64,000 bases of DNA. Origin: an uncultured delta proteobacterium. Lineage in GTDB: Bacteria > Desulfobacterota > Desulfobacteria > Desulfobacterales > SG8-13. This document shows, one piece after another, positions 9,918-20,871 of this stretch. Position numbers and translations under genes: made by a program. The stretch spans positions 1 through 64,000 of the forward strand of contig CAWKCK010000009.1 of NCBI GenBank assembly GCA_963848135.1, in the 5' to 3' direction. The notes beneath the pieces are model-generated. The model saw only the letters and a list, made by a program, of their open reading frames with translations. It had not been told where the DNA came from and made no database searches. Positions within the stretch are counted from its first letter, which is position 1. Each line of letters begins with the position of its first letter.

Positions 9918-11498
9918 CTATTTGCGGGTGATGACTTTTAGTGCCTGTTCCTTGAATGATAGAGAAGGGGTGGCTGAACCTTGGGCAAGGGCCTTATCGT
10001 TGCTTTTACTTTCAATGTACTGGTCGTAAGGATCGCCGGTTAGCTGATTGCCGGAGGGGTTCGTAAAAGTGTCATTGAGAATCTGGATGTAGGTATTGGC
10101 TTCTTCGATAACATTAGATAGGACTTTACGGCTGTTTCGGTTCCAACCGGAGGGGCGGCTCTGAAACACACTCCGCCACCAACGGCTGTTTTTCCTGAAT
10201 GCCAGGGTGTAGTTCAAGCGCAGGTTCGGGTCCGTTATATCTTCCAGGACCCGTTTTTTGACACGTTCGGCCGCCATGCGGCGGACCCGAACGTGGATGT
10301 AGACGGCTGCGATCAACAAGATAATAGTGAATGTACCAAGAACGGCATCGTTACTGGCAAGAAGGTTGCTGAAAATGGGTATTTCGAGGTGCAGGCCATT
10401 CCAGTACCCGGCCCACAAGGTGATCAGCAGAAAGGTGAGCAGCAAGCCCCCGAACACAATGGCATCGGCCCATAGCACCGTGCGCCGCCACCCTTCGAGG
10501 AATCTTGTGATGCGTGAAACCATATCCTGCTCAATGGAATGGGCCGTTTTTCTCAAAATTCCAACGATACGGTAAGCCCTTTCAACCACAACCTGCTCGA
10601 TGCGATCGTTGATCGATTTTCGATCGGCATCTCTGCGGTTTTCCAAGCGGATTCGAATGCGATCATTTTGGATCGGCAGTTCCAGATCAGGATTATATAT
10701 GGCATAACAGCTACCGGTGGTCAGGCCATACTGGGCCAGTGCGCGTTTCCAGGCGGCAAATACTTCTTCGGTGTTGTCTTCGCGGGCCGTGTGGTCGATT
10801 TGATTGAGAATATAGAGGAATTTGGTGGCATCGCGACGGATCAGAGTCGCTTTGACCAGGTGCTGCAGAGTGTCCTGCATCGAACCGGATTCCGGGTGGC
10901 GGGCATCGAAGAAGACAAGGACCAGATCCGACAGATCGATGATGTGATTGGTGATGCGCAAAGTCGAGGATCGCTGCTCGTCAGCGTCGAAGCCCGGTGA
11001 ATCGATAAGGATTCTGCCCCGGAGTTTATCACTGGGGCAAGTTTTCAGCTGGAGGTATTTGTCGATGTGGGCACTTTGTCCGAAATCTACTTCGTCGATG
11101 GCTTGGCTGATTTTATGCAGCGGAAATCGAGGGTCCGCGTCCAGGGCCAGCCCTGGCAGGGAGCGGACCTGATTATCGTTTGTGAAGCAGATAACGGTAA
11201 ACTTGTCGTCAACCGCCTGGTTGCCGGTCGTCTGCAGCGGGTATTTCAGAAACGTGTTTATGAATGCCGATTTGCCCGAGGAATAGGTGCCCAGTATCGA
11301 GATCAGTGGCCACCACGGAATACGGCTAGTGTGTGATTCCTCGCGATTGAAAAACCCCAGCTGCTGGGTGACCTTGTCGAGCTGTCGGAAGCTCTTTACG
11401 ACGTCCGCCAAGAGTGGATTTTCGCTTCTCAGATGCTTTTCGAGGCTCTGGGGCAGTCGTCGAAGGTCGTTTTCCCCGTTCATGTCTCCTACTTCCAT
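9918..11498 (-). CDS. Dynamin-superfamily (EHD-like) P-loop NTPase with two TM segments
   Basis: GTYSSGKS (G1), DSPG (G3), LNQID (G4-like); two hydrophobic helices in the C-terminal half. Confidence 0.8.
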   Translation of the reverse strand: MEVGDMNGENDLRRLPQSLEKHLRSENPLLADVVKSFRQLDKVTQQLGFFNREESHTSRIPWWPLISILGTYSSGKSAFINTFLKYPLQTTGNQAVDDKFTVICFTNDNQVRSLPGLALDADPRFPLHKISQAIDEVDFGQSAHIDKYLQLKTCPSDKLRGRILIDSPGFDADEQRSSTLRITNHIIDLSDLVLVFFDARHPESGSMQDTLQHLVKATLIRRDATKFLYILNQIDHTAREDNTEEVFAAWKRALAQYGLTTGSCYAIYNPDLELPIQNDRIRIRLENRRDADRKSINDRIEQVVVERAYRIVGILRKTAHSIEQDMVSRITRFLEGWRRTVLWADAIVFGGLLLTFLLITLWAGYWNGLHLEIPIFSNLLASNDAVLGTFTIILLIAAVYIHVRVRRMAAERVKKRVLEDITDPNLRLNYTLAFRKNSRWWRSVFQSRPSGWNRNSRKVLSNVIEEANTYIQILNDTFTNPSGNQLTGDPYDQYIESKSNDKALAQGSATPSLSFKEQALKVITRK

Positions 11499-11624
11499 TT
11501 TAATTTTTCGAATATCAAATAATATCAGATAAGTGAATAAAGATCAATTTTTGGGGAATATGGTGGGAAAAAACTTTTAATATATTAAAATAAATAAGTT
11601 AGGAATTTTCAGAACCCTTGTAAT

Positions 11625-11700
11625 TGGTACGCCCGGCTGGATTCGAACCAGCGACTTTCAGCTCCGGAGGCTGACGCTCTATCCCCTGAGCTACGGGCGC
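11625..11700 (-). tRNA. tRNA-Arg(CCG)
   Basis: Reverse complement GCGCCCGTAGCTCAGGGGATAGAGCGTCAGCCTCCGGAGCTGAAAGTCGCTGGTTCGAATCCAGCCGGGCGTACCA folds as a cloverleaf with anticodon CCG and encoded CCA. Confidence 0.97.
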
Positions 11701-11712
11701 TTGTGGGGTAAG

Positions 11713-11779
11713 TTAACAAAGGCTGTTGAAAAACTATTGCGCTTGCCGACACTCATGACGTTTTTCAACACTCTGTTAA
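11713..11779. repeat. Short palindromic element
   Basis: IR ttaacaaaggctgttgaaaaac / gtttttcaacactctgttaa. Confidence 0.6.
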
Positions 11780-11858
11780 TAGGTTATTCTTGTCACCGAT
11801 GACTGGGGATTTTAGTTAATGGAATGTACCATCGATGTCAAGCGTGGATTTCAATCGA

Positions 11859-13154
11859 TTATACGGATACCGGTGGTGTCTGGTCAGTCAAGGCGGCTTT
11901 GGCTTCACCCACCACGTAGAGAGAACCGGCGATGCAAACGGCATCATCCGGGCTGGACGAATCAATCGCTGCGGCGACCGCCCGACCGACATCCGGAATA
12001 GCCTCGACTTGATTCGTCAGCTCTTTTGCGGCCGCCAGTAGGATTTCGGTTGGCAAGGCCCGCTGAATCTTGGGCTGCGTCACGATGACGCGTTGGCAGA
12101 TCGGAACGAGAGCCGCGAGCATGGCGCGGTAAGGTTTATCATCCAGGATGCCCACCACCAGCGTAATGCGGCGTCCCGCCAGGTTCGATTTGAGATAGAT
12201 TGATAGGGCGCGGGCGGCGATCAAGTTGTGTGCGCCGTCCAGGAGCGTCAGCGGTTTATCCTTAACCATTTCAAGGCGGCCCGGCCAGCGGGTGTTGAGC
12301 AGTGCCATCTTCACGCCGTCCTGGGTGAGTTGGCCGATCTCCGGTGACAATATGTCGCATCCGGCCAATGCTAAGGCGGTATTTTCCAGTTGGTGCTGAC
12401 CCGCCAGCGAAGTCGTTAGACCCGTCCACTTGGTCTGCGGACCTTGGTAGGTGAATGTGCCATGCGAGGTGCGTCTTAACCGGAAGTCTTTTCTCAGACG
12501 GTATAATGGTGCCTGCCGGGCGGCCGCGGTAGCAATGACCGCATCGATGGCACTTTTTTGCGTGACGCCGGTGACCACCGGAACCCCCGGTTTTATGATT
12601 CCGGATTTTTCAAAAGCGATCTGCCTGAGGGAGGAGCCGAGATATTCGCTATGCTCCAGGGATACATTGGTGATGATCGATAATCTCGGGTTAATGATAT
12701 TCGTGGCATCCAGTCTTCCACCCATTCCCGTTTCAATCACTGCCCAGTCGACTTCCCGGCGTCTGAACTCATTCAGCGCCATGGCGGTTGTGCATTCGAA
12801 AAAGGTCGGCTCGCGTTTGCCGTGGTGGGCCTCTTTGACCGCCTTGTAAGCGGTCAGTACGTCTTCATTGTTTATCAGTTGGTCGTCGACGACGATTCTT
12901 TCGTTGAAACGGACCAAATGGGGTGAAGTATAAAGACCGGTTTTATATCCGCAGGACCGCAAGACCGATGCCAGAGTGGCGGCCACAGAACCTTTGCCAT
13001 TGGTTCCGGCCACATGAATTGTTTTGAAATGTTCCTGAGGGTTGCCCAAGCCCGCCAGGATTTGGCGGATCGTTTCGAGGCCGAGCTTGATACCAAAGCG
13101 CCTCAAGTTGAACATTTCATTTAGGCATTCTTGATAAGACTCGCTGGCGGACAT
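11859..13154 (-). CDS. folC: Folylpolyglutamate synthase/dihydrofolate synthase
   Basis: HVAGTNGKGS, YTSPHL, ETGMGGRLDATN, WPGRLE, DGAHN; start placed at MSASES. Confidence 0.95.
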   Translation of the reverse strand: MSASESYQECLNEMFNLRRFGIKLGLETIRQILAGLGNPQEHFKTIHVAGTNGKGSVAATLASVLRSCGYKTGLYTSPHLVRFNERIVVDDQLINNEDVLTAYKAVKEAHHGKREPTFFECTTAMALNEFRRREVDWAVIETGMGGRLDATNIINPRLSIITNVSLEHSEYLGSSLRQIAFEKSGIIKPGVPVVTGVTQKSAIDAVIATAAARQAPLYRLRKDFRLRRTSHGTFTYQGPQTKWTGLTTSLAGQHQLENTALALAGCDILSPEIGQLTQDGVKMALLNTRWPGRLEMVKDKPLTLLDGAHNLIAARALSIYLKSNLAGRRITLVVGILDDKPYRAMLAALVPICQRVIVTQPKIQRALPTEILLAAAKELTNQVEAIPDVGRAVAAAIDSSSPDDAVCIAGSLYVVGEAKAALTDQTPPVSV

Positions 13155-13175
13155 CGAATATTCCCGTGATCTGAT

Positions 13176-13211
13176 AAAAAACCCGGCGGGTTTTCCCCCG
13201 CCGGGTTTTAA
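13176..13211 (-). terminator. Intrinsic terminator downstream of rpsU
   Basis: GC-rich hairpin aaaacccggcggg-ttttcc-cccgccgggtttt with flanking A/T tracts. Confidence 0.8.
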
Positions 13212-13228
13212 ATGCAATCCCCATCAGA

Positions 13229-13438
13229 TTATCTGCGGTAACGGTTCTTTCTTGCAGCCGCTAACCGCTCCCTTCGCAATGCTTCGCGTGCTTTACGGCG
13301 GCGGAACTCGCTGGGTTTCTCGTAGCTCTTTTTCAGCTTGAGCCGTTTGAAGAGGCCGTCATTCTGAATTTTCTTTTTCAGAATACGCATGGCCTTTTCA
13401 ATGTCATTATCGTAGACCTTGACCGTGATTTCCTTCAA
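13229..13438 (-). CDS. rpsU: 30S ribosomal protein S21
   Basis: IEKAMRILKKKIQNDG...YEKPSE; basic 69-aa protein. Confidence 0.93.
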   Translation of the reverse strand: MKEITVKVYDNDIEKAMRILKKKIQNDGLFKRLKLKKSYEKPSEFRRRKAREALRRERLAAARKNRYRR

Positions 13439-13952
13439 TTATCTCGCCCCCTTCTTTCCACCAAATTATCCGTAACGGCACGGTGGTTATTCACATTAAA
13501 TCAATCCATATTATAAAAGAGACTTCATAGCTCTTAGCCAACATGAATGCAAGAAAAAAATAGTCTCTCACAATATATTCTGAAGGGTGAGCGGCTCGAA
13601 TTTCAGGGGGAATGCGAGCCCTTACACCGGGGGTGCGGATGAGTAAAAATTAGTGTACGCAACACACCGGCATCATTTACTGTCGTGTTCGTCTTTGGTA
13701 TGTCGAGTCGAATACCGGTGCGGCACGGCGGCCGATAAAAATCTTGACAGGCTGGACTGTTTCAGCCATTATTCCGCCCACCAGCCACCAGTCGCTGCCC
13801 GGTTAGGCCGAGCATGTTTGCTGAATAAGCGCCATATGCGGACCGGGCTGTTGTTCTTCAGTCATAAATGCCGAACGTCAAACCTTTATAACATTTGACG
13901 TCGAGGCACAGCGAACGGCAAAGGCCATATTTGACGATGACCGAACAGATAA

Positions 13953-14639
<687 letters not shown>

Positions 14640-14660
14640 TAGTTACCATCGGTAACTCCC

Positions 14661-14760
14661 CATTCAATGACCAGTTGTTGGCCCGGGATAATGGCTCTAA
14701 AAGACCGTTTTAAGCGGTTGACACGCCATTCTCTGACTTTACCGGAGGTCATTGAATTTT
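14661..14760 (+). ncRNA. Putative structured RNA element, copy A (3' of adk)
   Basis: Closing stem ttcaatgacc/ggtcattgaa; homologous to 62138-62239 on the minus strand. Confidence 0.5.
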
Positions 14761-14784
14761 GAATCCAATTATCCAGTATTCATT

Positions 14785-14826
14785 AAAAGGTTTCTTCGGC
14801 TGTGGGCAGGAAGAAACCTTTTTTTG
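14785..14826 (+). terminator. Intrinsic terminator after adk
   Basis: aaaaggtttctt...aagaaaccttt hairpin followed by a T tract. Confidence 0.7.
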
Positions 14827-14861
14827 TTCCAAATCCGCTCAGCCGTAGGCCCACCGTCACT

Positions 14862-14910
14862 TTATACCGCTTTTCACAAATAAATTGCGAAACACGGAAG
14901 GGCGGTATAA
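14862..14910 (+). repeat. 49-bp REP-like palindrome, copy 1
   Basis: ttataccgcttttcacaaataaattgcgaaacacggaagggcggtataa; related copies at 16500, 31972 and 54257. Confidence 0.75.
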
Positions 14911-15006
14911 GGGGAGTAGAAAAAACGTTCGCATAAGAGAAAGTCTATTCGTACACCCCTTATACACTGATCCGCAACGGCCGATACCCAAGCCAGCAAC
15001 GATCTC

Positions 15007-16407
15007 TCAGGTTTCAAACGGTCTGTCCCGCAGCAATTGGCTGACCCGGTCCAGCGCCTCACTTTTTGAATGGATGCGTCCTGCCAGACGGTCGGTTTCG
15101 ATGCGATTCAGCAGGAACTTAAAAGCGGGTGATGGTTTCATGTTAAAAGTAGAGATCAAGTCTTTTCCGGTGAGATATGGCGGTGCGATGCTCAGGGGCT
15201 TGAAGTCGAAGTAAAAACGCTGTAACAGGTCACGGGCAAATTTTGAGAATTTTTCTCCGTGATCACCTGCATCTTTGGAAAAGGCGGCAACCACCGCCGC
15301 GGTGTACAGCAGTAAATCAGGCAATATATCGCCACTTGTCATGAAAAAACGGGTGACAGCCGTTTTCGAAAGGCGTTTTTTCCGATAGGCGGTAAAAAGG
15401 GTGAACGGTTTTTTGTGTTGTCGGTTGATATGGTCAATATATCTCGCCTGACGATTAGACATTCTCAGGCGACGGCAGATTTGGTACACTACTCCGTTTG
15501 GCAGCATCCGTTGCGTTTTACGGGCGCCGTCTGGAGATGTTGCGGTATCTTGTATGAGGAGCACAAATTTCAGCAGGGCCCCCCGAATAGCGGTTTGCGA
15601 CCATGCATCCGGGGACAGCTTAAGGGGAATCACCGACGAGGGATCGATCAGGAGTTTTTCCAATTCCGAATAAACGGCTTGAAAGGGAAGATTCCCGACC
15701 ATTGATGGGTGGTGCCCCGATGGCTGGTTGTTTCTGAAATTGATTTCGGGGAGAATGGCCTCAAGCAGGCCGCATACGGCCATTTGGTTGACAAAGCAGG
15801 CCGAGCGTCTCGTTTCCAATATTTTCAACAACTCGGACCAGATCCTTTCGCCCGCTGACCTGGCGATGAGCGATGCCTGCGCTTGAATAGCTGCCTTTGT
15901 ATCTGCCGATAATCTAAAATCAAAAACCGCTGCCAAACGAAAGGCCCGGACCAGGCGGATCGGGTCTTGCCTGAAAACCGAGTTTGAGACGATCTGAATG
16001 CGACCTGAGAGAAGGTCCTCGCGACTGTTTAAGACATCGATAATATCCCCGGTCGCAGCATCGACAGCCATGGCGTTAATCGTAAAGTCCCTGCGATTAA
16101 GATCTGCCTCGATTGTGGGACCTCCCAATCCCGAGACATCGAAGACATTAGCAGGCGTTACCACTCTGTAGATCGTCTGATCGGATTTTCCAAGCACGAC
16201 AACGCGTCCTTTCGTCTGCCCGGCCAGGCGGCGCGCAAAACGTTGCGGGTCACTCGCAACGGCAAGATCATAGTCCAGCGGCGCTCTGCCGAGCAGAAGG
16301 TCCCTGACTGATCCGCCGACGATGTAAACGGATTGCGGGCTCACCTCTGGTGCCGTGCCGGGGGGCAAGGGATGTTGTAGTCTTGTGGGGAAGGGGGGGT
16401 GCATCAT
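15007..16407 (-). CDS. Class II tRNA nucleotidyltransferase/poly(A) polymerase family protein (probable CC-adding enzyme)
   Basis: VGGSVRDLLLG..DYD, DLNRRDFTINAMA, QDPIRLVRAFR. Confidence 0.85.
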   Translation of the reverse strand: MMHPPFPTRLQHPLPPGTAPEVSPQSVYIVGGSVRDLLLGRAPLDYDLAVASDPQRFARRLAGQTKGRVVVLGKSDQTIYRVVTPANVFDVSGLGGPTIEADLNRRDFTINAMAVDAATGDIIDVLNSREDLLSGRIQIVSNSVFRQDPIRLVRAFRLAAVFDFRLSADTKAAIQAQASLIARSAGERIWSELLKILETRRSACFVNQMAVCGLLEAILPEINFRNNQPSGHHPSMVGNLPFQAVYSELEKLLIDPSSVIPLKLSPDAWSQTAIRGALLKFVLLIQDTATSPDGARKTQRMLPNGVVYQICRRLRMSNRQARYIDHINRQHKKPFTLFTAYRKKRLSKTAVTRFFMTSGDILPDLLLYTAAVVAAFSKDAGDHGEKFSKFARDLLQRFYFDFKPLSIAPPYLTGKDLISTFNMKPSPAFKFLLNRIETDRLAGRIHSKSEALDRVSQLLRDRPFET

Positions 16408-16499
16408 CTTTTCGTCGATGGTTGAAATTCAACTTTTCGCTATGTCTAATGGGCCAGCACAACGTGTTGACTCTTAAACTGGGAAGCGAACCTATATTA

Positions 16500-16547
16500 T
16501 TATCCCGCTATTCAAAATAAACTCCGAAAAACGGATGGGTGGTATAA
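16500..16547 (+). repeat. 49-bp REP-like palindrome, copy 2
   Basis: ttatcccgctattcaaaataaactccgaaaaacggatgggtggtataa. Confidence 0.7.
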
Positions 16548-17090
16548 GTGGTTGTAGAATCGAATTCACAGGTGTGGTACGCTTATGATATCGGATCTCC
16601 TAAATACCCTACAGCAAAGCGAGTCGTTCGTCCACAGCAAGCGTTTAGCCGTGATGCTTTAGGACCGAAACACGCAACAGGTATAGGCACGATACAAACT
16701 CTAAAGGTATTTCCACAATTCGATGTAAAACTGAGCAAAACCGCTTGACACCTCACTGATTGTGTTATAAAAAGGGGTATCCAAGATAGAACCCGCCAAT
16801 TCGGAGATAATATCAGAGCAGGTCTTCACTAATTACACTCAACATCCTCCAGCATAATCGGCATGAACTTTCCGTAGTTGACCGGTAAGAGCGCGTTAAT
16901 TACACTGCCAGCGCATGTATATTACCCGACTGCGTTCGCCCGTGGAATGAAACTCACACAGTGAAAGATTCCCCCCGATAACTGGAAAATATTACCTCCG
17001 CAAAAGTAATACACAAAGAATCGATTGATTCTAATATATTTCCAGAAGTTTATATTGAAACCACCACCACAGTAACGGGGAATCACCTTA

Positions 17091-18338
17091 ATGAACATCG
17101 CAGAGCTAAAAGAGAAGAAAATCAACGAACTGGCCCGAATGGCCAAGGATTTCAGCATCGAAGGGGCTGCCGGCATGCGCAAACAGGAACTCATGTTTGC
17201 ACTGTTGCAGCGCCAGATCGAGAAAAACGGCCTGATTTATGGCATCGGTACGCTGGAAATACTGCCAGACGGTTTTGGATTCCTGCGGTCTCCGGATTAC
17301 AATTACCTCCCTGGTCCTGACGATATCTACGTTTCACCTTCCCAGATACGGCGGTTTAATCTTCGCACTGGAGACACCGTTTCCGGCCAGATACGGCAGC
17401 CGAAAGAATCGGAACGCTATTTTGCCCTGCTGAAGGTCGAGGCAATCAACTATGAAGATCCCGAGGTGGCACGGGAAAAAATTCTGTTCGACAATCTGAC
17501 CCCATTGTATCCGAATCGCAAGATGAACATCGAAAGCGCTGCCGATAATTATTCAACCCGCATCATGGATCTTCTGACACCGATCGGTTTCGGGCAGCGC
17601 GGTCTGATCGTTTCTCCCCCAAGGTCTGGGAAAACCATGTTGCTGCAGAACATTGCCAACAGTATTATCGCTTCTCACAAAGAGGTGGTTCCGTTTGTGC
17701 TTTTGATTGACGAGCGTCCGGAAGAGGTGACCGATATGGCACGGACCGTTGACGCCGAGGTCATTAGCTCGACCTTTGACGAGCCTGCCGAGCGGCACGT
17801 CCAGGTGGCCGAAATGGTCATTGAAAAAGCCAAACGCTTGGTAGAACACAAAAAAGATGTTGTCATCCTGCTTGACAGCATTACCCGGCTGGCGCGGGCA
17901 TACAATTCCGTGATGCCACCCAGCGGGAAAATATTGTCCGGCGGTGTTGATTCGAACGCACTCCAGCGTCCGAAACGCTTTTTCGGCGCTGCCCGGAATA
18001 TAGAAGAGGGTGGCTCATTGACCATTGTCGCTACGGCACTGGTCGATACCGGGAGTCGGATGGATGAGGTCATTTTCGAAGAGTTCAAGGGAACCGGTAA
18101 CATGGAAATCCAGTTGGATCGCCGGCTGGCTGACAAGCGGGTCTTCCCGGCCATTGACATCAAGAAATCCGGTACGCGCAAAGAAGAATTGTTGATGAAA
18201 GAAGAGATATTGAATCGGGTGTGGATATTGAGAAAACTGCTGTCTTCACTAAATTCCGTCGACAGTATGGAATTTTTACTTGATAAAATGGCCGGAACCG
18301 CAGATAATGCGGAGTTTTTGGGATCAATGAATGCGTAA
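17091..18338 (+). CDS. rho: Transcription termination factor Rho
   Basis: [40 protein letters not shown]. Confidence 0.98.
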   Translation: MNIAELKEKKINELARMAKDFSIEGAAGMRKQELMFALLQRQIEKNGLIYGIGTLEILPDGFGFLRSPDYNYLPGPDDIYVSPSQIRRFNLRTGDTVSGQIRQPKESERYFALLKVEAINYEDPEVAREKILFDNLTPLYPNRKMNIESAADNYSTRIMDLLTPIGFGQRGLIVSPPRSGKTMLLQNIANSIIASHKEVVPFVLLIDERPEEVTDMARTVDAEVISSTFDEPAERHVQVAEMVIEKAKRLVEHKKDVVILLDSITRLARAYNSVMPPSGKILSGGVDSNALQRPKRFFGAARNIEEGGSLTIVATALVDTGSRMDEVIFEEFKGTGNMEIQLDRRLADKRVFPAIDIKKSGTRKEELLMKEEILNRVWILRKLLSSLNSVDSMEFLLDKMAGTADNAEFLGSMNA

Positions 18339-18364
18339 TTTTTATATAGGGGGTTGGAATTAAA

Positions 18365-18583
18365 ATGAAAACAGACATTCATCCGAAATATTCCCAGACA
18401 TCGATAAAATGTGCCTGCGGAAATGAAATTGAAGTTGGATCGACCAGAAAGGACATACGGGTTGAAATTTGTTCTAAATGCCACCCGTTTTTCACCGGCA
18501 AACAGAAACTGATCGATACGGCCGGCCGAATTGAGCGATTTCGTAAGAAATACGAAAAATTTCAAAAAAATCAGAACGCTTAA
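18365..18583 (+). CDS. rpmE: 50S ribosomal protein L31 (Zn-binding type)
   Basis: [23 protein letters not shown]. Confidence 0.97.
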   Translation: MKTDIHPKYSQTSIKCACGNEIEVGSTRKDIRVEICSKCHPFFTGKQKLIDTAGRIERFRKKYEKFQKNQNA

Positions 18584-18783
18584 ACACATTTTAATAAACA
18601 GCACCTTCGTCCCTGAAAACCACGATACACACGATGTCATCAAGAGTTTTGAAAACATGTGCAGAAGTGTTTTCAAGCATCTGTGTGAATCGTGGTTTTG
18701 TGTGTGAGCTTCAGGGAATAAGAGCAGCCGGAGTCGATTCCGGCCGCTGCTTGTGTTTACGGAGCAGCGAGGGATTCTGAGCG

Positions 18784-19866
18784 ATGTTTGAAAATCTTAG
18801 CGGCGTTGAAGACCGTTACCAGGAAATTGAAAAACTGTTGGGGGATCCTGAAATCATCAAGGACCAGGTGACCTATCAGAAATACGCCCGGGAGCATGCC
18901 GAACTTAACAAGATCGTTTCAGCTTACCGGGAATATATAAAGGTACGTGACGATATCAAGGAAAGCGAAGATTTACTAGAAGAGAGCGATGCGGAAATCA
19001 GGGAGCTGGCGCGGGAGGAGCTCGACAGATTGACGGATATAGAGGAGGCGCTCGTGCAGGACCTTCGCATGTTGCTTATCCCCAAAGATCCGAACGACGA
19101 AAAAAATGTGGTGCTTGAAATCCGTGCCGGAACCGGTGGAGAAGAAGCGGCCCTGTTTGCAGCCGATCTTTACAGGATGTACACTCGTTATGCCGAGAAT
19201 AAAAATTGGAAGGTTGAGGTCCTCACCCATCACCCCACCGGTGTCGGCGGGCTGAAAGAGATCATCGCCACGATACAGGGGCGCGGCGTCTATAGCGCTT
19301 TTAAATACGAGAGTGGTACGCATCGGGTTCAGCGTGTTCCGACAACTGAAACTCAGGGGCGGATTCATACGTCTGCCGTGACCGTAGCGGTTCTGCCTGA
19401 GGCGGAGGATGTTGAAGTCGATATCGATGCCAATGATCTAAAAATTGATGTTTACCGCTCTGCCGGACCCGGTGGCCAAAGCGTCAATACCACCGATTCG
19501 GCCGTACGAATCACGCATCTGCCGACCGGCCTCGTCGTGACGTGTCAGGACGAAAAATCCCAGTTGAAAAATAAGAACAAAGCGCTCAAGGTTCTACGCG
19601 CCCGTCTGCTGGACCGGATAACACGCGAACAGAATGAAAAGCGATCCCAGGAACGCAAGAGTCAGGTCGGCAGCGGTGACCGCAGTGAAAGAATTCGAAC
19701 CTATAATTTTCCCCAGGGGCGGGTGACGGACCATCGAATCGGACTGACTCTCTACCGGCTCGAAAACATTCTTCAGGGCGATATCGAAGAAATTGTCCAG
19801 GAGTTGACAACCCACTATCAAACGCAGGCACTCCAAAATACGGAACTCGATGGCTTCCAAGGATGA
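18784..19866 (+). CDS. prfA: Peptide chain release factor 1
   Basis: [17 protein letters not shown] (PxT), GGQ motif. Confidence 0.97.
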   Translation: MFENLSGVEDRYQEIEKLLGDPEIIKDQVTYQKYAREHAELNKIVSAYREYIKVRDDIKESEDLLEESDAEIRELAREELDRLTDIEEALVQDLRMLLIPKDPNDEKNVVLEIRAGTGGEEAALFAADLYRMYTRYAENKNWKVEVLTHHPTGVGGLKEIIATIQGRGVYSAFKYESGTHRVQRVPTTETQGRIHTSAVTVAVLPEAEDVEVDIDANDLKIDVYRSAGPGGQSVNTTDSAVRITHLPTGLVVTCQDEKSQLKNKNKALKVLRARLLDRITREQNEKRSQERKSQVGSGDRSERIRTYNFPQGRVTDHRIGLTLYRLENILQGDIEEIVQELTTHYQTQALQNTELDGFQG

Positions 19867-20737
19867 TGCATGGTCAATCCAAAGGCTTCTCGAGTGGACC
19901 ACCACCTACTTTAAATCCCGCGATATAGACAGCCCCAGAGCCACTGCTGAAATTCTGCTTGCGCATGTACTCAATCTTCGGAGGATCGATCTGTACCTGC
20001 GTTACGATCAGCCGTTGATCAGTGGGGAGCTGGAGCCCTTCAAGGAATTGATACGGCGTCGGGTTCTCAAAGAGCCGGTGGCTTACATACTCGGACGGCG
20101 GGAATTCTGGTCGATGGATTTATCTGTGTCACAGGATGTTCTGATTCCGCGTCCCGAAACAGAGTGCCTAGTCGAACAAGCTCTGTTGGTGCTGACCGCC
20201 GATCACACGACCCCCTGCCGCCGTATTCTTGAATTGGGAACGGGTTCGGGGGCGATAATTCTGGCACTGCTCTCCCGAATGGGGCCAGTTGTCGGCATTG
20301 CCTCCGATATTTCATATCGTGCTCTGCAGGTGGCTAGAAACAATGCCCGGATGCACGGGTTGGAAGACAAGGTTTTCTTTCTTTGCGCAGACTGGACCCA
20401 GCCGTTCAAAGCGCAATACGGCTCTTTTGACATGATCATAAGCAACCCGCCCTATATTCAAACCTACCAGATTAAGAACCTGCAACCGGAGATCCACCGT
20501 TATGAACCGCTTCAGGCTTTGGATGGCGGGGATGACGGGCTGCGATGCCTGCGAAAGATAGTGCTCGAAGCCCACCGGTTTCTGCAACCGGGTGGCGCTT
20601 TGCTGATGGAGATCGGTCACGATCAGCGCCAGGCCGTGCAAAACATCGTCACGGGATGCAAACATTATGCATCGCCGGTTTTTCACACGGATTATAGCGG
20701 ATACGATCGGGTCGTATCTGTCAGGAAAAAAACCTAA
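19850..20737 (+). CDS. prmC: Release factor glutamine methyltransferase
   Basis: [20 protein letters not shown]; follows prfA. Confidence 0.95.
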   Translation: MASKDDAWSIQRLLEWTTTYFKSRDIDSPRATAEILLAHVLNLRRIDLYLRYDQPLISGELEPFKELIRRRVLKEPVAYILGRREFWSMDLSVSQDVLIPRPETECLVEQALLVLTADHTTPCRRILELGTGSGAIILALLSRMGPVVGIASDISYRALQVARNNARMHGLEDKVFFLCADWTQPFKAQYGSFDMIISNPPYIQTYQIKNLQPEIHRYEPLQALDGGDDGLRCLRKIVLEAHRFLQPGGALLMEIGHDQRQAVQNIVTGCKHYASPVFHTDYSGYDRVVSVRKKT

Positions 20738-20871
20738 GCCCAACAAGGATCGTTGCCGCCGCGGATGAGCTGTTTCGGGAATACACCCGAAACCCAATCG
20801 AGTTTCAGAAATATGTTGCGCATTCAATGGTATTTTGTTAGAAACGACAGATTTTTCATAACGATAAGTAA

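Noticed and set aside
11500..11700. Prophage or integrative element at tRNA-Arg
   Set aside because: No integrase is present and I saw no duplicated tRNA 3' end in the window
17675..18676. 333-aa minus-strand ORF, and similar long ORFs opposite adk, groEL and pilY1
   Set aside because: These are antisense shadows of well-supported genes with biased codon usage and show no recognisable motifs
18610..18717. 6S RNA
   Set aside because: The rod is about 108 nt, too short, and has no recognisable 6S central bubble; it is kept only as an unexplained hairpin
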